Shown here piece by piece: positions 49,355 to 58,280 of a stretch of 64,000 bases of DNA. The first letter of the stretch is position 1, and every line of letters starts with the position of its first letter. The stretch is taken from the IMG/VR virus record IMGVR_UViG_3300047454_000095. The stretch is one strand, 5' to 3'. The notes beneath the pieces were generated by a model. The model was given only the letters and a program-made list of their open reading frames with translations. It ran no database searches and had not been told where the DNA came from. A program made the translations under genes and the position numbers. Origin of the DNA: a virus.

Positions 49355-52300
49355 TTATTTCCCATGTCCCATTTCTTGTGGTGTAGTAGGATCGATGAGA
49401 TTCTCATCGTGATCAAGTCCGAAGTTTGTACCTGCTACAAACATACTGTGAGCCGCCATATCACCATCTATTGATTTTTGGAAGTTCATTTGGGTAGTAA
49501 CATTGATTTTTCTACTTGCTTCAGAACTAATTGCTCTACCTTGTATTCTAACTTCACCAGCGATAACTGCGTTAACGTTAACGTTTGTGCCACCGCCGCT
49601 AATTCTACTATCTACATATCCTGCAATAGCCCTTTGTGTAGGCACAATTTCGTTACTATTTGCTGTAAATGTTGTATCAGTACTAAATTCTCTAATAACA
49701 GCATTTGTACCACCAAGTGTAACTCCGCCTAATCGTAATTCACTTAACCCATCTAACTCAAAGTATGATGCGTTTAGTGTAACAATACCAGTTGCCTGTT
49801 CAACTGTAAACAATTCACCAACCCTAAAGTTACCATCTTGGTCAGTACTTGTGTAGAATACTCTACCACCGCCTTTGTTTTCAGTTTCTTGGAATTCTCT
49901 TATATCATAACCTTCAATTGGTGTTAGTAACGGATACTGTGAATTGTATAAGTTACCTTTACCAATTTCTAAGAAGTCGTGTCCTGTTAATCTTACCTGT
50001 GAATATTTTTGTCTAATAGTTAAAGTAGTTTCATGTTCAGGAGATTCTGCTCTATCAATGTTTGGAGTAATACCAAGCGTTGCTGTAAAGTTTGGCGCAC
50101 TTCCTGTAACATTTGTAATAGTTTGTACAGCATAGAACACATCATTAATACCATCAATGTATAAGTTGTCACCTGGTCCAGGTTCTCTTGTTAAATCTTT
50201 AACTGTAATGCTTGTACCAATTTGATACATGTCTGCATAACCATCACCTGATACTGTAACACCAATGTTAATATATCCTGTACCTCTGTTTGTAAATTCA
50301 ACTTGTCCAACACAACCATCTGCCATTCTAACATCATAGTAAACATCTCTTGTGTTATCTGGATCAATAATTGTCATTGTTGGAGGTGTTGATCCGTAAC
50401 CTGATCCTGCTTCTTGTATGTAGAATGTAAGTAATTTACCACCACTTGCTCCTAACACAGTTGCTCTTGTTGTTGCACCTGTTTTTAAAGTTGCTAATGA
50501 TGAAATAGATCCATTTGTTGTTGGATAAAATATTGGACCTGTTGATGTTGCACTTGGTATCATACCATTAAACGATCCGCCTAATGAAGTTTTACTTGTC
50601 CAGTAAACGCCATCGTCTGATTGAACAACTCCACCACTTGCTGAAATCCCTAAGAACACACCTTGATTGTATGCAATGTAAATGTTATCTGAAACGTCTG
50701 TGTTATTACCTGCAATCCATACAGTACTTGCAGTCGCTATCGAAGCGTCTGTGAAACTGTGGAAGAATTTATTATTTACAGTTGATAAATCGTTTGGTGA
50801 ATCAAAAGTTGAAGCAACAAATTTACCTGCACCATACACAAGGTCACAAACATCATGTTGTACACCACCAATGTCTGGCCCAGCAGTCCATGTAACACCA
50901 TCGTCAACACTTTCCCAAGTGTCGCCTGCTTCGTTACAAATTACCCATTTGCCATTTCCATAAGCCATAAATTCTGCGTTACTTACACCTGCTGTAACTT
51001 CTGTCCAGTTAGCACCATCGTCTGCACTTCTATAAATTTTATCTGTTCCAGGACCAATAGCACATATAACATTGTTACCAACTTCTATCTTAGTAAATGT
51101 TTGACTGTAACTTAATAAGTTAGTTGCTGAATCGCCCCAACTTGTTCCGTCATTGGATTGTTTAACTCTACCATTACCGTCAACTGCAACATATTGTGAT
51201 GCGCCTCTAACAACTCCAATGTAAGTTAAATCTTGATATGAACTTGCTTCAGTAAATGAAGTTCCGTCATCAGTCCAAACAATGCTATTGTTACCAACAA
51301 CAACTGTTCTTTTGTTATCACCAATCTTAGTAGTAGCACTCTGGACAGCCGCACTGTTACTTGGAAGTGTTGCACTATTCTGTGTGAAAGTTGGCGAAGT
51401 AAATGTAAGTCTTGGTGTAATCTCATAACGTGTTGTTTCATCTAACACTGTTGCAATAGGCTCACCTGGTAAATGATGTTGCCAACCTGGCAATCCATCT
51501 ATAGGTCTTGCAACTGTCATTGTTTTGTCACCAGCAGTAACTGAATCAATAGTAAATGTAACGTTACTACCTGTTCCGCCAATTGCCGCCGCTTGTATTG
51601 TAATAATATCTCCAACTTGGTTTTTTGTACCTGGAGCAGTAATTGATATTCCTACAAGTCCTGTTGCGTCAATACTTACTGTAACTGTTGGTGGTGTTGT
51701 ATCTGCTCTACTGCTTGTACCAACTTTATCTGTGTATACACCTTCAGTAAGTGTTGCATCTTGTCCACTTGTTACAGTTGATGTTACTGCACCACCGTTG
51801 TTCCAGTCGTAACTTGTAATATAAGCGTATTGTCCTCTGCCTTCACCTTCAATAATTGTAATTAATTTGTTTAAGTAGTATTCTTCATTGTTAACATCTT
51901 GGTTAGCAATTTGTATGCTTGTTTCATTACCACTTTGTGCTCTGTTGTTTGCGTATGTATATCCGTCACCACCTGCAAAACTTGAGTCACCTGGATCAGT
52001 AACTCTAATTTCTTGTACTGCACCATCTCTAAATTCTGTTAATAAACCTGTCGCACCAGAACCTGAACCTGTAATGTTTACAGTACCAGTTGTGTAATGC
52101 GTACCTGTTGTAGTATATCCAACTGCAAATAATTTGTTTTCATCGTTGTATACTTTACCTACTGTTGCTTCTGTTGCGTAGTTGTCTACCTTAGCACTAA
52201 TAGGTGTTTCGTTGTTGTCAAATCCTAATGCAACTGAACCGTATTCACCATATGAGTTGTTACCATTTGTTGCACGTACCTTACCACCGTCAGTACACAA

Positions 52301-55300
52301 GTAACCAATGTAACAATAATATGTAAACACTGATACAAGTTCTGACAACCCGTCTGCGTTACACCAGTAACCAATACCGTCTTGTATAATTTGTGTAAAG
52401 TCGTTAGCAACAATAGATTTGTTACCACCGTTGTGTAATGTTCCATCAACTTTCATACCAACACACTTGCTACCAAACGTTGAACAGTTTTGTACGTATG
52501 TTGATTTAGTTGTTACCCAAACAGATTGATCGTCTGGTCCTGCACCTGGATCAAGTGCAACAAAGGCGTTACCTGGAGTAACCCTTCTAATTAAGTTTGC
52601 ATCTGGATCTGTAAATTCACCTTCAAGTCCTGACATTGTTAAGTTTCTAATACCACAACCGTTTCTAACACGGAACATGTCATTGCCTTTAGTTTCAGCA
52701 GTTGCTACTACTGATGTTGAACGTAATTCGTCACCTACAATAGCAACATCTTTTGGAACAGTAATCGGACAAATTTCTTCGTAACGTCCTGTTTTAACAA
52801 GTATTGTTGCTGGTGCTCTTGTACCTTCATCTTCTAAAATATATTGTGTAGCATACTTAATTGATTTAAATGGAGACGTTGCTGATAGTCCTCTACCTGC
52901 ACTGTTAGCGTCAACACCGTCTGGAGAAACAAAGTAAACTTTATCTGTTTGTTCTAATGATTCCCAATTTAAATCTGTGTCTGCTTTAACTTTAAGTGCA
53001 TCACCTGGATTATTAATTCCTAATCTTGCAGTACTTGTTGAACCATGTGTTCTGATATCACCATAGTATTGAAGTACGTTTGTGTTACCACCTTCAACAA
53101 CTGTTTGCCAAAAATCTTGTTGTGTATAATCAATGTCTAAGTCTGGTCTTGAACCTGATGTACTTGCACTGTGTCTCTTAATACAACGATAAAGTGTTCC
53201 AACGTATGTTACAATATCACCTAACATATATTCGTTGGTTACTGGAGAAGCATTTACTAATACTGTTTCTGCCCAGTTACCTCTAAACTTATCGCCGTCG
53301 ATTAATGTTTGCCAGTAGTTGTCTGAATATTGTGTTGTCAGATAAGACTGATCATACATACCACTGTGTGCGTTACAAACAAGATAGTTTTTCTTGTATG
53401 CATCTCTTGGTACAATGTACTGTACATATCTTTCAGTTGCCGCGGCAAATCCTGAAACGTATGCCGCCAAGTCTGCAACTTGAGTACCATCTAACCACCA
53501 TGTTTGACCATTGTCAACATAGTTGTATTGTCCACCTGTATGGTGACCATTTTCGCTTGTACTAATATACAATGCATGTGTAAGATTAGATGAATCGTTT
53601 TGATAAAACTTATAAGTGTTACCTTCTTTTAATGTTAAGGCACCTATAAGTACACCGTTAACATAATATCTATTTCCACTGCCTGGATTACCAACTGTAA
53701 TTGTTACATTTTCAGTTGACTTTGCATCATCTGGTTCGTTACCTACATTATCTCTAAGTGCATGATACAACCAACCGCCGAATCTTACAATGTCTCCTGT
53801 TCTGTAAGCGGTAGCGGAATTCCAATCTGTTGCAGTTTCTCTTAAGTCTGGGTTTTGATTATACTGTGAACCTAATCTGTAACCCTGTACAGTTAATTCC
53901 CAGTCACCTGTGTCTTGAGTAATTCCGTTTGCACTTGGTATGCTGTTAGTACTAATTTGTAATGCAGTATAAGTGTAACCACCGTAACGTACAATGTCGC
54001 CTGGCTGATAAACTTCTGCTTCACTCCATTGTGTTTCATATTCATAACCTGGTAACCAGATACTAAAGAAACTTTCTGCGAATGTTACATCTGAATTGTG
54101 TCCTGTGGTACAATACCACATTGTAGGACCAAACCTTACAATGTCACCAACTTTATATTTTTCTCTTTTAGAAAGTGTTTGGTTTCCTGTTCCGCCTTCT
54201 GCAAGTCTATTGTTTCTATTTGCAAGAGCATCATCTTTTTCAAAGTATAATTTAACACTATTGCCGTCAACAAGTCTTACATAGTAATAAGTGTTGTCAA
54301 CAAGATTGTCAGCCGCTGTTCCGTCTGATGTATATTGAACTAAATCACCATCTGATAGTCCATGACTTGTTGCTGTAACAACTCCGCCTGTAACACTTTC
54401 AACTGCTATATCTGCTTTACTAACCCAGTGTCCTTTATACTCAATACCTGAAAGGAAAATTTCCCATGACGTTTGATCTTCTTCAAGACCAAGTCCATCA
54501 TCGTTAGCACTAAAATGTCCTGTAGTACAACGATAAGTTATACCACCATAGCGTACTAAATCATCTTCTACATATCTTACTCTTGGCTTCCAAGTATCTT
54601 TCCATTGATCTGCTCTTGTAACAATTTCCCATTTCGTTATGTCTGCTTCAAGACCTGCAATGGTAGTTGAACTTGTATGCTCCTGTGTTGCAATGTAAAC
54701 TCTACCACCGTATTTTACTGTGTCTCCGATTGCATAGTTTACTTGAGGTAACCATTCGTATAACCAATTTTGGTCTGCTACCATTAACTTCCAGTTACCA
54801 AAGTCGCTTTCACCTAACTGACCTTGTTCTTGAATATTAATGTATGCACCTTTGTCTTCACTGTCTACAGTTCTGTCAAAGTAATAAATTTTGTCTGGAG
54901 CAGTTAAAGGAACTGTCCATCTAATTCTTCTGCTTGATGCTGATGCAAATCCACTTAGATAAGATGAAAGCGGTGCTTCAATACCATCAAGATAATATGT
55001 AAATCCTTCTGTGTAATAATCTACTAATGCTGTTTCATGTTTGTCGCCATCTTCATACTTACTAAATGCAAGTGGATGAATTTGACTTCCAAACGTTGCG
55101 TTAGTTGCATCGTCTTGATTAAATTCGTATGTTGATCCTTTATTAAAAGTTAAAATATTTTTCTCAGTACCATTTAAATAAATTGTACCTGTAGCAGATT
55201 GTCCTCTACCTGTTGGAAAAATACTTCCAGAATCGTAATCTATTGTAACTGCAACTTCTGTTGCACCTTCTGGTACAGAGTATGCAGAAGAAGTATGTCC

Positions 55301-55588
55301 AATAATTGCCGCATATACTTGACCACCATAACGAACAATGTCATTAACTCTGTAGTAGTAATTAGGTTTCCACGCATCAAGCCATTCATAACCATCAGAC
55401 ATTTGTGTCCATTTAGGTAATGTAGCATTTAAGTAGTCTACGTAAAAGTCTGGATCAGAGGTATGTCCGTTTAAGCAAACAAACGTTTTACCACCATATG
55501 ATACTATGTCGTCTTTAATATATTGCTTAGATGTTTGCCAAGGGCCTGTCCATCTAAAGCGGATTCTATCAAGTTTAAATTCAGCCAT
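49355..55588 (-). CDS. 2077-aa paralog of the 1780-aa protein with inserted domains
   Basis: MAEFKL N-terminus, same repeats and C-terminal module. Confidence 0.7.
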   Translation of the reverse strand: MAEFKLDRIRFRWTGPWQTSKQYIKDDIVSYGGKTFVCLNGHTSDPDFYVDYLNATLPKWTQMSDGYEWLDAWKPNYYYRVNDIVRYGGQVYAAIIGHTSSAYSVPEGATEVAVTIDYDSGSIFPTGRGQSATGTIYLNGTEKNILTFNKGSTYEFNQDDATNATFGSQIHPLAFSKYEDGDKHETALVDYYTEGFTYYLDGIEAPLSSYLSGFASASSRRIRWTVPLTAPDKIYYFDRTVDSEDKGAYINIQEQGQLGESDFGNWKLMVADQNWLYEWLPQVNYAIGDTVKYGGRVYIATQEHTSSTTIAGLEADITKWEIVTRADQWKDTWKPRVRYVEDDLVRYGGITYRCTTGHFSANDDGLGLEEDQTSWEIFLSGIEYKGHWVSKADIAVESVTGGVVTATSHGLSDGDLVQYTSDGTAADNLVDNTYYYVRLVDGNSVKLYFEKDDALANRNNRLAEGGTGNQTLSKREKYKVGDIVRFGPTMWYCTTGHNSDVTFAESFFSIWLPGYEYETQWSEAEVYQPGDIVRYGGYTYTALQISTNSIPSANGITQDTGDWELTVQGYRLGSQYNQNPDLRETATDWNSATAYRTGDIVRFGGWLYHALRDNVGNEPDDAKSTENVTITVGNPGSGNRYYVNGVLIGALTLKEGNTYKFYQNDSSNLTHALYISTSENGHHTGGQYNYVDNGQTWWLDGTQVADLAAYVSGFAAATERYVQYIVPRDAYKKNYLVCNAHSGMYDQSYLTTQYSDNYWQTLIDGDKFRGNWAETVLVNASPVTNEYMLGDIVTYVGTLYRCIKRHSASTSGSRPDLDIDYTQQDFWQTVVEGGNTNVLQYYGDIRTHGSTSTARLGINNPGDALKVKADTDLNWESLEQTDKVYFVSPDGVDANSAGRGLSATSPFKSIKYATQYILEDEGTRAPATILVKTGRYEEICPITVPKDVAIVGDELRSTSVVATAETKGNDMFRVRNGCGIRNLTMSGLEGEFTDPDANLIRRVTPGNAFVALDPGAGPDDQSVWVTTKSTYVQNCSTFGSKCVGMKVDGTLHNGGNKSIVANDFTQIIQDGIGYWCNADGLSELVSVFTYYCYIGYLCTDGGKVRATNGNNSYGEYGSVALGFDNNETPISAKVDNYATEATVGKVYNDENKLFAVGYTTTGTHYTTGTVNITGSGSGATGLLTEFRDGAVQEIRVTDPGDSSFAGGDGYTYANNRAQSGNETSIQIANQDVNNEEYYLNKLITIIEGEGRGQYAYITSYDWNNGGAVTSTVTSGQDATLTEGVYTDKVGTSSRADTTPPTVTVSIDATGLVGISITAPGTKNQVGDIITIQAAAIGGTGSNVTFTIDSVTAGDKTMTVARPIDGLPGWQHHLPGEPIATVLDETTRYEITPRLTFTSPTFTQNSATLPSNSAAVQSATTKIGDNKRTVVVGNNSIVWTDDGTSFTEASSYQDLTYIGVVRGASQYVAVDGNGRVKQSNDGTSWGDSATNLLSYSQTFTKIEVGNNVICAIGPGTDKIYRSADDGANWTEVTAGVSNAEFMAYGNGKWVICNEAGDTWESVDDGVTWTAGPDIGGVQHDVCDLVYGAGKFVASTFDSPNDLSTVNNKFFHSFTDASIATASTVWIAGNNTDVSDNIYIAYNQGVFLGISASGGVVQSDDGVYWTSKTSLGGSFNGMIPSATSTGPIFYPTTNGSISSLATLKTGATTRATVLGASGGKLLTFYIQEAGSGYGSTPPTMTIIDPDNTRDVYYDVRMADGCVGQVEFTNRGTGYINIGVTVSGDGYADMYQIGTSITVKDLTREPGPGDNLYIDGINDVFYAVQTITNVTGSAPNFTATLGITPNIDRAESPEHETTLTIRQKYSQVRLTGHDFLEIGKGNLYNSQYPLLTPIEGYDIREFQETENKGGGRVFYTSTDQDGNFRVGELFTVEQATGIVTLNASYFELDGLSELRLGGVTLGGTNAVIREFSTDTTFTANSNEIVPTQRAIAGYVDSRISGGGTNVNVNAVIAGEVRIQGRAISSEASRKINVTTQMNFQKSIDGDMAAHSMFVAGTNFGLDHDENLIDPTTPQEMGHGK

Positions 55589-55627
55589 TGTTTCTACTTT
55601 CCTGCGTGTTCATATTGTATTTAACCA

Positions 55628-55996
55628 TTATGGAGATGTCCCATTTGGAAAATCGTAATTCTGATTGATTCTAACAATTAAATTGCCTTCTTCGTCAACA
55701 TAATATATTAGGTTTCTATCGTCCCATCTAAATTGTTCATATCTTAAGTTATCATATGATGTGTTATGTTCTTCATCTCTACCTTCAAAAAACTCAATTC
55801 CTCTTTGAAAATCTGGATAATTTTCTGTTGGATCTCCAGGCTTGTTTAATTGTACACCGTCAGTTGCTTTCAACTGATCTGATTTAATCAGGTACAAATC
55901 ACCCTCGTCTGTTCGACGTAATCCATAAAAGAATCTACTTCCTTTTACTGTTTTTAGTAGTGTTCCTACTTCTGTACCTTGATAAAAACTTGCCAT
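55628..55996 (-). CDS. Hypothetical virion protein (paralog of 57479-57937)
   Basis: FYGLRRTD...FFEGRD...YEQFRWDD. Confidence 0.65.
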   Translation of the reverse strand: MASFYQGTEVGTLLKTVKGSRFFYGLRRTDEGDLYLIKSDQLKATDGVQLNKPGDPTENYPDFQRGIEFFEGRDEEHNTSYDNLRYEQFRWDDRNLIYYVDEEGNLIVRINQNYDFPNGTSP

Positions 55997-56005
55997 TATA
56001 AATCC

Positions 56006-57463
56006 TTACGCGATGTTAATTGTGTTCCCCATGTTACTGTGTGCAGTACATTGATAATACAATGTTGCTGGTGCGTCCATTGGTACTGTGAAAGTAATAA
56101 CTCCACTTGATGCACCGTTGTTTGCTACGCCGCTTGAGTAAGCACCGCCACCGTTTGAAACTCTAATTTGTAAAGGGTGTCCGCCTCCACTGTTATTAAT
56201 AAAGTAATAAGTTTGTCCTTTTTTCAAATACAAAACTGGATCATTAGTTGTGTTTGGAAAACCTGGACCAGTAAATGTGTAGTCTGATGTTCCGTTTGAT
56301 CCAACGTTCCATGTTGTTGCAGGACCATTTTGCATAACATAACTTGTTCCGTTGTATGCAAGTGTGTAACCAACTGCTTGGTTAGCATTACTTACATCTG
56401 TTAATGCGTTAAGTGTAGTTGCACCAACTGTACCGTTGTAGTTAATTGTTAGTGTATCGCCTACAACTTCAGTTGCAATACCTGTACCACCAGCAACTGT
56501 AAGTGTGTCAGTTAATCCTGATGCTGTTGTGCTACCAGTATCACCTGTAAATGTTGCAAACAAGTTTTGGTCTGTTGATTGATCAACAACAAATTCTAAT
56601 GCGTTACCAGCACCGTTAACTTTAACAAATCTATTTGCCGCACCTGTAAAGTTTACTGGTGTATCAGATAAGTTTAAGAAAGCACCGCCAAATAATGTTG
56701 GCTTGTTAGTAAAGTTTGTGTAATCTAAAAAGTATGCACTGTCAAATCCATCTAATGTATCAGCGTCAGTACCGCCACCACCTGATGCAATATCAGTTCC
56801 TGGTGCCCATTGTGCGCCGTCCCATTTAAGAACATCACCTGTACTTGCTGACGAACTTGATACATCACTTAATGAACCAATTGTAATTGCCGCAACTTCT
56901 GCCGCTGTAACTGCTGTTGAAAATTCTAATGCTGTTGCACCTGAGTTTACTCTTACAAGTTTGCCATTTGCTGATGAAAAGTTAGATGGCGTATCTGTTA
57001 ATGCAGTGAATGTAGTAGAACCACCTCCACCACCGCCAGCGCCTGGTTGGAATCTTGAGTTAGAAGTATTCCAAACAAGAACTTCTCCATCGTTAATTCC
57101 TGCTGTGGTTACATCTGATAAACTGTTAATGCTTGAAGTAGTGTCTAACATTTTGACCCAAGCGTTACTGTGAGCATAGTAAACTGCCGCGTCTGCTGTA
57201 ACTTTTGCTAACATGCCGTCGTAGGTTGTAGGACTTGGTAAACCGGCAAAGTTGTTATACAAGAAAGTTATTTTATTGCTTCCAGTTGCTGTACTTGGAT
57301 ATGAATTTAATACTCCGTTTTGGACAACGCTGAGTACTGATCCGTCTCCTAATGCTGTATATAACTCGTTAAAGTTATTATTTAATTTTGTAGCGCCTGC
57401 TCTAAGGTTATCACCTTGTCCATCATTTGGTAGAACACCTACATTTACTATTTGTTTTGCCAT
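56006..57463 (-). CDS. Baseplate/fiber protein with gp9/gp10-like N-terminus and C-terminal cupredoxin-like domain
   Basis: VNVGVLPNDGQGDNLRAGATKLNNNFNELY; C-terminal HPL...YYQCTAHSNMG. Confidence 0.65.
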   Translation of the reverse strand: MAKQIVNVGVLPNDGQGDNLRAGATKLNNNFNELYTALGDGSVLSVVQNGVLNSYPSTATGSNKITFLYNNFAGLPSPTTYDGMLAKVTADAAVYYAHSNAWVKMLDTTSSINSLSDVTTAGINDGEVLVWNTSNSRFQPGAGGGGGGSTTFTALTDTPSNFSSANGKLVRVNSGATALEFSTAVTAAEVAAITIGSLSDVSSSSASTGDVLKWDGAQWAPGTDIASGGGGTDADTLDGFDSAYFLDYTNFTNKPTLFGGAFLNLSDTPVNFTGAANRFVKVNGAGNALEFVVDQSTDQNLFATFTGDTGSTTASGLTDTLTVAGGTGIATEVVGDTLTINYNGTVGATTLNALTDVSNANQAVGYTLAYNGTSYVMQNGPATTWNVGSNGTSDYTFTGPGFPNTTNDPVLYLKKGQTYYFINNSGGGHPLQIRVSNGGGAYSSGVANNGASSGVITFTVPMDAPATLYYQCTAHSNMGNTINIA

Positions 57464-57478
57464 TTTTTGCTCCTACTC

Positions 57479-57937
57479 CTACGTTTGATCAAATGTAATG
57501 TTGTTGTTGTCCATTGTAAGGTTTGTGTTATCCCATTCCTTATCACTGTCAACGATTACAGTGTTGTCGCCTGCATATTCAACGGCACCATCTGCTAATC
57601 CTTGGTTAATTCTTACAACAAGTTCGCCGTCATCATTTACATAATAAAATAAATTTGCATCGTCCCAACGAAATTGTTCATAATTTAAATTCTTGTACGT
57701 CAAGTTATGTGCTGAATCTCTTCCTTCAAAGAACTCTGCACCTTCATCAAAGTCTGGAAAGTTATCAACTACGTCACCTTCCTTGTTAATTTGAATAGTG
57801 TCTGTCAAACTTAATTGATCTAACTTACCTAAAAACAATTCTCCAGAGTCAGTTCTACGTAATCCGTAAAAGTATCTTTCTCCAAGATTGTCTTCAATGG
57901 TTTGTGTAATTGACTGACCTTCATAAAAAACTGACAT
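57479..57937 (-). CDS. Hypothetical virion protein (paralog of 55628-55996)
   Basis: Shared motifs as above. Confidence 0.65.
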   Translation of the reverse strand: MSVFYEGQSITQTIEDNLGERYFYGLRRTDSGELFLGKLDQLSLTDTIQINKEGDVVDNFPDFDEGAEFFEGRDSAHNLTYKNLNYEQFRWDDANLFYYVNDDGELVVRINQGLADGAVEYAGDNTVIVDSDKEWDNTNLTMDNNNITFDQT

Positions 57938-57938
57938 A

Positions 57939-58268
57939 CTACACTATCTCCACGTAACTCATAACTGCATCTAAACTTCCGTCAATGTCTGATTGAATAG
58001 ACAGTTCATTCTCTGATGCAAGAATAATTTTTTCACCACCGTTCAATACTTTTAAAGTTGCGTTCGGTGGAATCAAAACATTTTTTAAGTAAAATGCTTC
58101 AATTGATGTATCGTCTGCAATTAAAACGCTGGTACTTACAACGGATTCAGTTAAGTTGGCTAACGAAAGGCCAACGATCGTTGCTGTTGTACTTGGACCA
58201 GCCTTGTAAACAGGAACTTTCACTGTTCCAATTTCTTTAATTGCTTTTGTTCTAAAAAATGTTGCCAT
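57939..58268 (-). CDS. Small virion protein
   Basis: 109 aa beta-rich, AGGA Shine-Dalgarno. Confidence 0.6.
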   Translation of the reverse strand: MATFFRTKAIKEIGTVKVPVYKAGPSTTATIVGLSLANLTESVVSTSVLIADDTSIEAFYLKNVLIPPNATLKVLNGGEKIILASENELSIQSDIDGSLDAVMSYVEIV

Positions 58269-58280
58269 CTTATTTCCTTA

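Noticed and set aside
49316-49362. 10-nt direct repeat GGAAATAACA flanking a late promoter
   Set aside because: One copy is the gene end and the other the Shine-Dalgarno region; short and AT-rich, so chance is plausible.
43953-52097. Long antisense ORFs over the giant fiber genes (e.g. 43953-44474, 49503-49856)
   Set aside because: Expected shadows from strong codon bias; no independent signals.
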